DNA of 32,364 nt from Macrostomum lignano (Eukaryota): the NCBI GenBank assembly GCA_002269645.1, contig NIVC01002736.1, forward strand, positions 1 through 32,364. Reading direction: 5' to 3'. Position numbers and translations under genes: made by a program. This document shows positions 11,371-23,750 of this stretch, in pieces (the stretch's first letter is position 1; every line of letters begins with the position of its first letter). The notes beneath the pieces were generated by a model that had not been told where the DNA came from, made no database searches, and saw only the letters and a list, made by a program, of their open reading frames with translations.

Positions 11371-13051
11371 GGTACCGTTGAGTCCTGTGTGTTTAGTACC
11401 GTTGAGTCCTGTGTGTTTAGTACCGTTGAGTCCTGTGTGTTTAATTTAGTACAGTTGAGTCCTGTGTGTCTAGTACCGTTGAGTCCTGTGTGTCTAGTAC
11501 CGTTGAGTCCTGTGTGTTTAATTTAGTACAGTTGAGTCCTGTGTGTCTAGTACCGTTGAGTCCTGTGTGTCTAGTACCGTTGAGTCCTGTGTGTTTAGTA
11601 CCGTTGAGTCCTGTGTGTCTAGTACCGTTGAGTCCTGTGTGTTTAGTACCGTTGAGTCATGTGTGTTTAGTACCGTTGAGTCCTGTGTGTTTAGTACCGT
11701 TGAGTCCTGTGTGTCTAGTACCGTTGAGTCCTGTGTGTTTAATTTAGTACAGTTGAGTCCTGTGTGTCTAGTACCGTTGAGTCCTGTGTGTCTAGTACCG
11801 TTGAGTCCTGTATGTTTAATTTAGTACAGTTGAGTCCTGTGTGTCTAGTACCGTTGAGTCCTGTGTGTCAGTACCGTTGAGTCCTGTGTGTCTAGTACCG
11901 TTGAGTCCTGTGTGTCTAGTACCGTTGAGTCCTGTGTGTTTAGTACAGTTGAGTCCTGTGTGTTTAGTACAGTTGAGTCATGTGTGTTTAGTACCGTTGA
12001 GTCCTGTGTGTTTAGTACAGTTGAGTCCTGTGTGTTTAGTACAGTTGAGTCCTGTGTGTTTAGTACAGTTGAGTCATGTGTGTTTAGTACAGTTGAGTCA
12101 TGTGTGTTTAGTACCGTTGAGTCCTGTGTGTTTAGTACCGTTGAGTCATGTGTGTTTAGTACAGTTGAGTCCTGTGTGTTTAGTACAGTTGAGTCCTGTG
12201 TGTTTAGTACAGTTGAGTCTTGTGTGTTTAGTACTGTTGAGTCTTGTGTGTTTAGTACCGTTGAGTCCTGAGTGTTTCGTACCGTTGAGTTCTGTGTGTT
12301 TAGTACAGTTGAGTCTTGTGTGTTTAGTACGGTTGAGTCTTGTGTGTTTAGTACGGTTGAGTCTTGTGTGTTTAGTACAGTTGAGTCATGTGTGTTTAGT
12401 ACAGTTGAGTCATGTGTGTTTAGTACCGTTGAGTCTTGTGTGTTTAGTACAGTTGAGTCCTGAGTGTTTCGTACCGTTGAGTCTTGTGTGTTTAATTTAG
12501 TACCGTTGAGTCTTGTGTGTTTAATTTAGTACCATTGAGTTCTGTGTGTTTAATTTAGTACCGTTGAGTCTTGTGTGTTTAATTTAGTACCATTGAGTTC
12601 TGTGTGTTTAATTTAGTACCGTTGAGTCTTGTGTGTTTAATTTAGTACCAATGAGTTCTGTGTGTTTAATTTAGTACCATTGAGTTCTGTGTGTTTAATT
12701 TAGTACCATTGAGTGCTGTGTGTTTAATTTAGTACCGTTGAGTCTTGTGTGTTTAATTTAGTACCATTGAGTTCTGTGTGTTTAATTTAGTACCATTGAG
12801 TTCTGTGTGTTTAATTTAGTACCGTTGAGTCTTGTGTGTTTAATTTAGTACCATTGAGTTCTGTGTGTTTAATTTAGTACCATTGAGTTCTGTGTGTTTA
12901 ATTTAGTACCGTTGAGTCTTGTGTGTTTAATTTAGTACCATTGAGTTCTGTGTGTTTAATTTAGTACCGTTGAGTATTGTGTGTTTAATTTAGTACCATT
13001 GAGTTCTGTGTGTTTAATTTAGTACCATTGAGTTCTGTGTGTCTAGTACCA
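11371..13051. repeat. 24/29-bp minisatellite (GTACCGTTGAGTCCTGTGTGTTTA, +/- ATTTA), ~65 copies
   Basis: Direct; source of the LVPLSPVC/STVESCVF pseudo-ORFs. Confidence 0.97.
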
Positions 13052-13465
13052 TATTAGCTCATAAGCAGCACTGAATAAATGGTTGATAGACCTTTTCAGG
13101 TGAATTGATGAGTAGGCAGTTAAAACACTTCCCTTAATCTTGGCGACCTGAATTCAAAATTTTATTCTTGAATTTATCGACCAGAATGATTTCTATCCGT
13201 AAAAGTCTGTCTGCAATTTAAGTACCTCGGATAAGAATTGTAGTGGTAGACAGACGAAATCTCTTTTTAATCCAAATAATCCCAATGAAAATGACCGCAA
13301 GCACGTTTGACGCGAAAACGGCATAGCTGACGGTTTAGCTTAGCTGTATGAGGGACCCAGAGATAGGCAAGTGAGTGTGCTTCAGAAGCACTAATCCGTA
13401 ACAATGAGCAATCAGTTCAAATGTTCGAAGCATGGAAATCTAACAATACACGAAGCAAGCAAAAA

Positions 13466-14082
<617 letters not shown>

Positions 14083-15150
14083 CTATGGTCCGGCGGTTTC
14101 AATGTCCCAGCCTCAAACACACTCTATATAGCTTTCTATATTCCCCTCATTCTTTCCTCTATTCAATGCATTTGCCGCGGCACCCACGCAGATGGCCATT
14201 GTCCGACGTGGGACCTCCTCTGCCTCATCCTCCTCCTCCAACTCGATGACGGATTGCCTTAGCTGCCAAATTCTCCCGAACGCAACCTCTTCCCCGTCTG
14301 CATGCAGAACCGGGCATTGCGCATTGATATGTGGGAAGCGATGGCCTCCTCCATTCGCCCTTAGCTTCGGACGAGCCCGTCATACCGGAGTCGCTGGCTT
14401 GCCTTTTAAAACTGGCTGGCTGCATGGATTCCCAAACTGCCGGGCGCTGCACACCCCTGCCGTGTATTAATTAGGCTGCCCGCCTCCCATCTAGGGCGCG
14501 TCTGCCTCAGATTCCCTATATTATACACATACAGTATTGAAGGGCTTGGGGCTGGACCGCCGGACTTCTTGATGGATGACCGGCGGCTGAGGCACCTGCC
14601 CAGGAACATATCTGGCACATGGTTCGTCAAACTGGCCGCTGGGAGGAGGAAGGGAGGAAGGAAAATGATCGTTTTGAGAGATGCGGTTGGTTATTCTGTC
14701 TAAAAATGGTTACCGGTAATGCATGCATGGATATAGAATCCAAGGACAGCTTGAACGAGAAACTGGACTGGACTAGAGTGCAGCGCCGAGTGAGTGGTGT
14801 TTCGCCATAGACAAAGTCGGTCAAGAAAATGGGAAAAATTCGGTCTTTACCGGCTTCCTCCTTATTTCTAAGAAAATTGAGGACTGCAGAGCCTTTTGGT
14901 TTCTAGCAAAATCCATACAAGCTAATCTAGAGAAAGCCGCGCCGTGAATGTTTCTGCCAGGTGAGCAGCAGAGCGTCCTGTTGAGGCGGGGGCAGCAGCT
15001 CTCGTCCCGGATCACGTGACCCATCAGTTAAAAGTCGCCGCCGGATGATGGACAGATGGATGATGGACGAAGGGCCGCACAGAACAGCTCCGCTGAGAAA
15101 CTATAAAAAAACTGAACATCAATGGCGTATAGGAGAATTTTCTGTTCCAG

Positions 15151-15205
15151 ATTTATGGCCATGATCCCCCTGATAGATCCCTACGGAGCCTTCTACATGG
15201 AATGG
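15151..15205 (+). CDS. Candidate exon (FMAMIPLIDPYGAFYMEW), unknown protein
   Basis: Strong acceptor TTTTCTGTTCCAG, donor TGG|GTGTGT; phase-compatible with 14931-14960 and 15341-15361. Confidence 0.28.
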
Positions 15206-15517
15206 GTGTGTTTTAAGTTTAAAAAAAGAAAAAATACTTTGCTGAGTGCGGGAAAAAGTTCCTAGGGAGCCCAGAGGAGATGAATGTTTGAAATGTCCCG
15301 CGCTGCTACTGTTGTGCCATCCCATCCATGCGCTGTCCAGGGGATGACCAAGGCATGCAAGGTTCGTTCTGCCTATCCGTCTGTGTGTACGAAGTATCTC
15401 CCTCATGACATGCCTGCTGACTATTTTCCCTTGCTGTGAACAGCGGTGTAGAAATATTCACAAGGCTTCCCAGATTTAGCATTCTTTTCGCATTCTTATG
15501 GCATGCCAGCGCTATAC

Positions 15518-16898
15518 GGCAGCTTGGTGTTGCTTGTGGGAATCGGCAGCTTGGTGTTGCTTGTGGGAATCGGCAGTTTGGTGTTGCTTGTGGGAATCGG
15601 CAGTTTGGTGTTGCTTGTGGGAATCGGCAGCTTGGTATTGCTTGTGGGAATCGGCAGCTTGGTGTTGCTTGTGGGAATCGGCAGTTTGCTGTTGCTTGTG
15701 GAAATCGGCAGTTTGGTATTGCTTGTGGGAATCGGCAGTTTGGTATTGCTTGTGGGAATCGGCAGCTTGGTGTTGCTTGTGGGAATCGGCAGCTTGGTGT
15801 TGCTTTGTGGGAATCGGCAGTTTGGTGTTGCTTGTGGGAATCGGCAGTTTGGTATTGCTTGTGGGAATCGGCAGTTTGGTGTTTCTTGTGGGAATCGGCA
15901 GCTTGGTGTTGCTTTGTGGGAATCGGCAGTTTGGTATTTCTTGTGGGAATCGGCAGCTTGGTGTTGCTTTGTGGGAATCGGCAGTTTGGTGTTGCTTGTG
16001 GGAATCGGCAGTTTGGTATTGCTTGTGGGAATCGGCAGTTTGGTGTTTCTTGTGGGAATCGGCAGTTTGGTGTTGCTTGTGGGAATCGGCAGCTTGGTGT
16101 TGCTTGTGGGAATCGGCAGTTTGGTATTGCTTGTGGGAATCGGCAGCTTGGTGTTGCTTTGTGGGAATCGGCAGCTTGGTGTTGCTTTGTGGGAATCGGC
16201 AGTTTGGTGTTGCTTGTGGGAATCGGCAGTTTGGTGTTGCTTGTGGAAATGGGCAGTTTGGTGTTGCTTGTGGGAATCGGCAGCTTGGTGTTGCTTGTGG
16301 GAATCGGCACTTTGGTGTTGCTTGTGGGAATCGGCAGCTTGGTGTTGCTTGTGGGAATCGGCAGCTTGGTGTTGCTTTGTGGGAATCGGCAGTTTGGTGT
16401 TGCTTGTGGGAATCGGCAGTTTGGTGTTGCTTGTGGAAATGGGCAGTTTGGTGTTGCTTGTGGGAATCGGCAGTTTGGTGTTGCTTGTGGGAATCGGCAG
16501 TTTGGTGTTGCTTTGTGGGAATCGGCAGTTTGGTGTTGCTTGTGGAAATGGGCAGTTTGCTGTTGCTTGTGGAAATGGGCAGTTTGGTGTTGCTTGTGGA
16601 AATGGGCAGTTTGGTGTTGCTTGTGGAAACGGGCAGTTTGCTATTGCTTGTGGGAATCGGCAGTTTGGTGTTGCTTTGTGGAAATCGGCAGTTTGGTGTT
16701 GCTTGTGGGAATCGGCAGTTTGGTGTTGCTTGTAAGAATCGGCAGTTTAGTTTTGAGTATCCATAGGCAGTTTTGGGTTGAAGATTGGCAGTTTGGTGTT
16801 AAGGATCGGCAGTTTGGTGTTAAGGATCGGCAGTTTGGTGTTAAGGATCGGCAGTTTGGTGTCAATGATCGGCAGTTTGATGTTGAAGATCGGCAGTG
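15518..16898. repeat. 27-bp minisatellite (GCAGTTTGGTGTTGCTTGTGGGAATCG) with 28-bp variants, grading into a 21-bp unit at the right end
   Basis: Direct; explains the 334-488 aa ORFs on both strands. Confidence 0.97.
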
Positions 16899-16976
16899 TT
16901 AATGAATGAAGTTGAACAAACACAAAGCAAGTGCTGTAGCTTTCAGCTGTTAAATATGAAGTGGAGTACACATTTT

Positions 16977-17429
16977 CTAACTAAAATAATCCGTACCATA
17001 GGTAGGCAGGTAGTCATTCTGATTTGCGGGAACTGTTCGCATGTCATCCATCTTGAGCGAGTCTGCTGCTGTTTTCTTAACTCCCTTTCTCGCTGCAATG
17101 CATGTTCGCACAAATATTGCATAGCAAAGCATTTGATATCGGCACATTGGACAGACTGCTACTTTCGAAGTTCGAACAGCTTCGTAGAACTTCGTAGAAC
17201 CTGGGCTTTGTTTTTGTGATATATTTACAGCCATGGAGCCAACCAAAATACAATTCATATTCAATATCGTATGGTGTTTTGTTACATCTAGCTTAGCTAA
17301 TTTACTAGCATAGCATGTCATGTGACACCGTATCGAACCCTCTGCTTTTCTCGGGCTGACTATATCTTTGTTAGATGTATTTAGCTTGTCTCGTAAGGTG
17401 TAAGTAGCTAGCTTCTTATTCAATTCCAT
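16977..17429 (-). CDS. Hypothetical 150-aa ORF with a CxxC motif; unknown, possibly non-coding
   Basis: Longest non-repeat, non-TE ORF; true ATG with A(-3) and G(+4); no recognisable domain. Confidence 0.2.
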   Translation of the reverse strand: MELNKKLATYTLRDKLNTSNKDIVSPRKAEGSIRCHMTCYASKLAKLDVTKHHTILNMNCILVGSMAVNISQKQSPGSTKFYEAVRTSKVAVCPMCRYQMLCYAIFVRTCIAARKGVKKTAADSLKMDDMRTVPANQNDYLPTYGTDYFS

Positions 17430-17814
17430 TCTATGTTATCTTTGAAATGGGCAGTTAAACTTTGTACAATTTTATTGAACAATACTTTTGTTTTGTCGTA
17501 TCAATGACGAAACGAAAGTTGAAAAATAGCGAAGCGCGTGTGTGAAAACGACAGACAGACAGAACGAACACAATATAGCTCATAATTAAGGAAGGCTAGT
17601 CTTGTGATTCTTGTGTGCATTGTATATAATAGTTATAGTATATAGCACTAATTAATACGAGCTAAATGGCGTGTTTGCGCCGGGACCGATAAAATGCCAT
17701 TATTGTGATGTGAAAAGTAAAGAAAGGACACAGACAGTTATAATTGGGCCTTATTTCTTCTGAACGGAGCTGGCTGGGGTGAAAAAGAAATTAAGGAGTA
17801 GCGCGACCGACCAA

Positions 17815-17915
17815 CCAATCAGAGGCCAGGAAGGCGTGGAGGGTACAATTAGGATAAGGAAAGCCCCCGGGCCTCCCTTTCGTTTTAAATAGGAAGGGGT
17901 TCGGTGGCCTCAGTC
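17815..17915 (+). promoter_or_regulatory. Putative Pol II core promoter: CCAAT box, TATA-like element, initiator
   Basis: CCAATCAGA at 17815, TTTAAATAGG at 17884, TCAGTC at 17910-17915. With A17912 as +1 these sit at -97, -28 and +1, which is canonical spacing. Confidence 0.5.
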
Positions 17916-18362
17916 TTTCTACTGGACACTCAAACCTCTCGAATTCTCTTAAAGGCCATTCAAGCCGCGAGATTCACAATTCGCATCCCTTTCAGTTCAG
18001 TTCAGTTGTCCTTTCGCTGCGCCACATGGTCATGGTCCTGCTACTATTAAGCTTATTTATATAATTAGTTAACTAATCGATAACACAACGTGCTAATTGT
18101 TTTTAAATTTTATCTGAAATCTTTATAAACTAAGCGATAAAGGATCTCGCTTAATATATAGACTTAAAGAAGCGAAGAGACAACCAGTTTTTGAGAAGCT
18201 CCGCTGTTAATTCGCCTGGAGAGGAGAGGCGCTTGCCTTATCTCTGCCGTCTGCCTGCAGTAAACTAAAATCCAGCTAACTGTAATTTAGCTGCTGGCCG
18301 TTTCTAGCTCTTCTCTTCTGGTCTCAACTCCCAAACGACTACTACTAAATACTATACGCCAA

Positions 18363-18438
18363 ATGGCAAGGCCTAGTGCTAGTAGCTATTATTGGAACTG
18401 GACGCTACTGTTGCTTCCGCTACTATCTGTCATAATCG
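18363..18438 (+). CDS. Probable first coding exon encoding a signal peptide/anchor (MARPSASSYYWNWTLLLLPLLSVII)
   Basis: ATG, basic N-region, Leu-rich core, strong phase-1 donor CG|GTGAGT; lies ~450 nt downstream of the putative promoter. Confidence 0.5.
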
Positions 18439-19674
18439 GTGAGTTTGAGTTAGCCTCAATTATTGTAAGTAATATTATTCTTCGATTTGTGAATGCATGA
18501 CCTACTTTTCTTCCGAATTCATTCAGGGGCCCGGCCTCGCAGACTTTAGATTGTGACAAGTGTTTCCTCATGTATTGTCATTAGTTCCCGTAATAATATC
18601 CCTTTCTCTGTTGAGTGCTTTCTTGGTGCAGCAATATTTAGTTAGCTATTTGCAGCCCTTTCTGTTTGCTTGTGCAAGTTAGTGAGTGACATACGATTGT
18701 CAGTGCACTAGGATTGAAGACGAATTATCTTTACTAGATCAGATCTTTTCTGGGACGTTAAGACTTGAAAGAAAACTAATTGTTTCTTGTTCCCAAGAAC
18801 AACGAAATTGCAATATTTCGTTTCGTCTATGAAATCTAATTTGAAATAATGAAAATTTGTTTTAACCATCCAACATGCAACATTTTAACTCAATATAAAG
18901 GCCAAGCCGAGTTTTTCTAACTGACTCAAGCTAGATGTGGAGATTTGATTTATTATAGTTAGCATAATATGCTGACAAACTGGAGCTAATTTGCTTTGCT
19001 ATACAGTGTAGCCTATTATTCCATTGTCAGACTTGCTGTTGGGTTTCTAGCGTTTACTTGCAGTCTCGCTGTAAAGCTTCATTGCTTGACCAACTCCTCT
19101 CATATTTATTTTCTTATTTCTTAATATATGAAATAAGCTAGAATGGAAGATTGATTACACGACCTGAGCGGCTGAGCCTGGCGCATGGTTAGGCGTTAGC
19201 CAACTGTCTAAACTATTCAAACTAACCATTCTAACTGCCTTCTTCATAATTCATTTTTACGGTGAGGGAGAGAGAAACAGACAGAGAGAGAGAGAGGACA
19301 CCGCCGTGAAGGAGAGGTCAAAAAAGCAAAGCAGACAACTCAAACGAACACCCCTGGCTATAACTCTAGCCATGCAGGCCATGGCCTTTGAGCATTAGTG
19401 TAATCTCTTCTCTTGGTTCAGTCCAAGTGTGTAGTAAGAACGTCAATATATCCAGGTCCAGGGAATACCACTTTAGTGCTTATGAATTGAAATTTTTCGT
19501 CCATTTTTAACTAAGACGTTTAGACACGGAAGCTGCACATTCTCTTGCTAGGTCTTAGTCATTGGCAAAATTATTTGTATAGTTAATCAAATGCTGGCTT
19601 TTTAAAAACTCGACCTTTATCCGCTCATCTCGCTGCATCTCTTTGAAATTATCATATTGCTTTCGCAGGCGATT

Positions 19675-20830
19675 ATCTCCCCTCTGCTCTTCGCCCTTTC
19701 CACTTTCCTACCCTCTCTACCCTTCCTCTCTCTACCCTCTCCGCTCTCTACCCTTCGCTCTCTACCCTCTCCGCTTGCTACCCTCTCCGCTCTCTTCCCT
19801 CTCCGCTTGCTACCCTCTCCGCTCTCTACCCTCCACTCAAACCTCTCCGCTCTTTACCTCTCCGCTTGCTACCCTCTCCGCTCTCTTCCCTCTCCGCTTG
19901 CTACCCTCTCCGCTCTCTACCCTCCACTCAAACCTCTCCGCTCTTTACCTCTCCGCTCTCTACCCTCCGCTCTCTACCTTCCGCTCTCTACCCTCCGATC
20001 TCTACCCTCTTCGCTCTCCACCTTCACTCTCTACCCTCTGCTCTCTACCTTTCAGCTCTCTACCCTCTCCGCTCTCTACCCTCTCCGCTCTCTACCCTCT
20101 CCGCTCTCTACCCTCTCCGCTCTCTACCCTCTCCGCTCTCTTTCCTCTCCGCTCTCTACCCTCCGCTCTTTTCCCTCCGCTCAAACCTCTCCGCTCTCCA
20201 CCTCTCCGCTCTCTACCCTCTCCGCTCTCTACCCTCTCCGCTCTCTACCCTCCGCTCTTTTCCCTCCGCTCAAACCTCTCCGCTCTCCACCTCTCCGCTC
20301 TCTACCCTCTACGCTCTCTACCATCTCCGCTCTCTTCCCTCCGCTCAAACCTCCCCGCTCTTTACCTCTCCGCTCTCTACCCTCCGCTCTCTATCCTCCG
20401 CTCTCTACCCTCTCCGCTCTCTACCCTCCGCTCTCTACCTTCCGCTCTCTACCCTCCGATCTCTACCCTCTTCGCTCTCCACCTTCACTCTCTACCCTCT
20501 GCTCTCTACCTTTCAGCTCTCTACCCTCTCCGCTCTCTACCCTCTCCGCTCTCTACCCTCTCCGCTCTCTACCCTCTCCGCTCTCTACCCTCTCCGCTCT
20601 CTACCCTCTCCGCTCTCTACCCTCTCCGCTCTCTACCCTCTCCGCTCTCTACCCTCTCCGCTCTCTACCCTCTCCGCTCTCTACCCTCTCCGCTCTCTAC
20701 CCTCTCCGCTCTCTTTCCTCTCCGCTCTCTACCCTCCGCTCTTTTCCCTCCGCTCAAACCTCTCCGCTCTCCACCTCTCCGCTCTCTACCCTCTCCGCTC
20801 ACTTCCTTCTCCACTCTACCGTCTCCGTCC
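19675..20830. repeat. Pyrimidine-rich ~16-bp minisatellite (CTCTCCGCTCTCTACC) with internal block duplication
   Basis: Direct; source of the 345-457 aa L/S/P-rich pseudo-ORFs. Confidence 0.96.
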
Positions 20831-21307
20831 TCAACCGTCTGCTTTCTACCCTCTTTCATTTCTTTTCTACTCTCTATATCTGCTGGCTACTTTCCCCTCT
20901 TAAACTCTCTTCCCTTACACCCCTCCTCGTATTTCATATTTGTTTATTCTCTTGCTATATACCCAGTGAGAAAACAACAGCTAAAGCCTTCATATTCTCC
21001 AATTTTACGTCTATAGTTTGAGACATTCTTAAAGAAATCTTGAAGAAATCTATCATAACCGTATTTATTAGCCGTATAAGTGCTGCACGCTTACTGACTG
21101 GGTGAGGACGGATAAATTCCCATAGGAAATTGACTAAAAAACCCCAACCGGATGAACTGAATTTATTCCAACTCATATATACCATACTTAAAGGATTATC
21201 GAATCGCAGATTTTCAATTTTCGAAATGGTTATTGACATAGACATTGACTGACTGATGCAACAGAAACCTTTCTACATGCTTTTTACATGCCTCTTCTAA
21301 CCTAACA

Positions 21308-21515
21308 CTGTTCCAAAGTCTGTTCCAAAGTCTGTTCCAAACCTGTTCCAAAACCTGTTCCAAAACCTGTTCCAAAACCTGTTCCAAAACCTGTTACAAA
21401 GCCTTTTCCAAAACCGGTTCCAAAACCTGTTACAAAGCCTGTTCCAAAACCTGTTCCAAAACCTGTTACAAAGCCTGTTCCAAAACCTGTTCCAAAACCT
21501 GTACCAAAGCCTGTT
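21308..21515. repeat. 12-bp minisatellite (CTGTTCCAAAAC), ~17 copies
   Basis: Direct. Confidence 0.95.
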
Positions 21516-22044
21516 CGAAAGGGTGTGCTGACGAGCTCTACATGTACAGTCGGAGATGCTAAAACAATTCAATAATCAACCTTTACCTATATAATATATA
21601 AATAAAGATTGTTATCAGATTAAAAAATCAGAATATAGACTCAGTTGTATACTGCTCTGTTAATTGTTTTTTTCTATTGTGTTTTTCTACTTCAGATTAA
21701 AGAGTCAAAAAGCATCAAATCCCGCATGCACATTTAAAAAATGAGATTCAGAATTAATACAATGCATATATAAAGGTTAAAATCGATCATTGAGATCCGG
21801 TGAAAATTTACTATTATTTTGAACGCAAATGTTAATGCCATGTGCCATATATGCGAGTATAGGGTCGGTCTATATATAAACAGCAATTCTATGATGGCGT
21901 AACGATTGCCTTTGAGCTCTTTGAATAATATTGCTTTGTTCTCAATCGGTGGCCTGTGGGATTTATGACTTTTTATTAATATTCCTTCCTTTACTAGCGT
22001 GCTAAATTGAAATTTGGTCTTTGTTCTCATCTTACTTATGCTAA

Positions 22045-22093
22045 TTCATAATTTCCTTTCCCACCTCTCCACTCTGTTCTCTTCCCTCGCTTT

Positions 22094-22125
<32 letters not shown>

Positions 22126-22330
22126 TTCTCTCTTCTCTCTTCTCTCCCCTCTTCTCTCCCCTCTTCTCTCCCCTCTTCTCTCCTCTCCCTCTTCTCTCCT
22201 CTCCCCTCTTCTCTCCCCTATCCTCTCCCCTATCCTCTCCCCTCTTCTATCTCAGCTCTCTTCTCTCTTCTCCACTCTCTTCTCTCCCCTATCCCCCTCC
22301 TCTTTCTTTTTTCCCTCTCTTCTCTATCTT
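22045..22330. repeat. CT-rich low-complexity / polypyrimidine tract
   Basis: Almost only C/T; imperfect CTCTTCTCTCCC repeats. Confidence 0.9.
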
Positions 22331-22837
22331 TTATCATTTAACACCCGTTGAAAATAGGAAACAGTTAACTAAATTTTAGAAGTCTATACTTTATGCAGGC
22401 ATTGTTTTCATACACGCATTGATAACTGCAGATAGAATATACCAGTGGCAGTGATATATAGCCAAATCTGCTTACTCACTTAATCACTCTCTTCATTGAA
22501 GCCTGATACTCAAACGACCTCCCCTCCCCTTACTCCTACCGTACGCCCCTATTGTTAAATAGATTTATCCCATGCACTCAAACCCCAACCGACCACCCTT
22601 CATCGGCGGCAGCTTTCAACTTAACCGACAAAGCTAAATATCTATATATCAGATCGGTTCTATACATATTATATGGATTTTCTATACGGCAATAAGTCAA
22701 AAAATGCCCGTGGAATGCAACTTGAACTGGCAGCCCGTTGACTCCGCTGCTGGGGCTTGGGCTATGCTTACAATATGGTGTCAACTGGCAGGCAGAGGCG
22801 GCGTATGTAAACCCCCCATTCCTATTTTTCAACACAG

Positions 22838-22981
22838 CGCTGACAAGGATCGTGTTGTGGGTGGGGGGTCGTTTCGGTTAGATCATTCTCATATTGAGCT
22901 GCCTGTAAGGGGGGTTGACTTGAATAATAGGGCCCAGCAGACAGTTAACATTGTGAGCGGACTGGGGGTGTTATACGTAGT
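22838..22981 (+). CDS. Candidate 144-nt internal exon (ADKDRVVGGGSFRLDHSHIELPVRGVDLNNRAQQTVNIVSGLGVLYV)
   Basis: Acceptor TATTTTTCAACACAG, consensus donor GTAAGT, length a multiple of 3, single open frame (phase 2-2). Confidence 0.38.
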
Positions 22982-23409
22982 GTAAGTCAGTGATTAATGA
23001 CATTCACTCCGGGTAGCCAAAAACTTCCCAATCGTCCCAACCATTGGACGTCAGATAGCGATAGATCTTTCTTTGGTCTGGGTATACCGTTGCCGTTGGC
23101 TTGGAGTTTAAAATTGGCATAGCATAAGCTGAGCTTGTGTAATGCAAGCTGGATGCGTAACGGGGTATTAACGATATATTAAATTGACAATATCTGGCAG
23201 CCCCCTGTTATGCATGCGATTCCGGCATGGCTGCACCTCCCCACGAATAAAATTTATAACCCTTTAGGTCTCTCTCCTGATCTGCAATAAATCAATAAGT
23301 TCCGTGGAGGGAGATGGTAGCTTGTATTGGATTTATAACTCATGTTGATTTGCTAATTGGCTCAATGGTACGCTATGAGGGATGTTTAGGATTGAGGATC
23401 CAAACAATC

Positions 23410-23750
23410 GATCTGTGAATCTGTGATCTCTGCAATTAAGATCTGGGATCTGGGATCTGTGATCTGGGATCTGCAATTGGGATCTGGGATCGGGATCTGT
23501 GATCTGCAATTGGGATCTGAGATCGGGATCTGTGATCTGCAATTGGATCTGTGATCTGCAATTGGGATCTGTAATCTGCAATTGGGATCTGGGATCGTAA
23601 TCTGCAATTGGGATCTGTAATCTGCAATTGGGATCTGGGATCTGTAATCTGCAATTGGGATCTGGGATCTGTAATCTGCAATTGGGATCTGGGATCTGTA
23701 ATCTGCAATTGGGATCTGGGATCTGTGATCTACAATTGAGATCTGTGATT
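23410..23750. repeat. ~27-bp GATC-family minisatellite (CTGGGATCTGTAATCTGCAATTGGGAT)
   Basis: Direct; reverse complement is built from GATCCCA/GATTACA 7-mers. Confidence 0.92.

Noticed and set aside
22853-22870. RVVGG as a trypsin-like protease activation site
   Set aside because: Not followed by the expected PWQ/CGG motifs, and no catalytic-triad exons were seen.
23205-23260. CYAC motif suggesting a Ly6/uPAR exon after the signal peptide
   Set aside because: The frame terminates after ~16 codons and lacks the remaining cysteine pattern.
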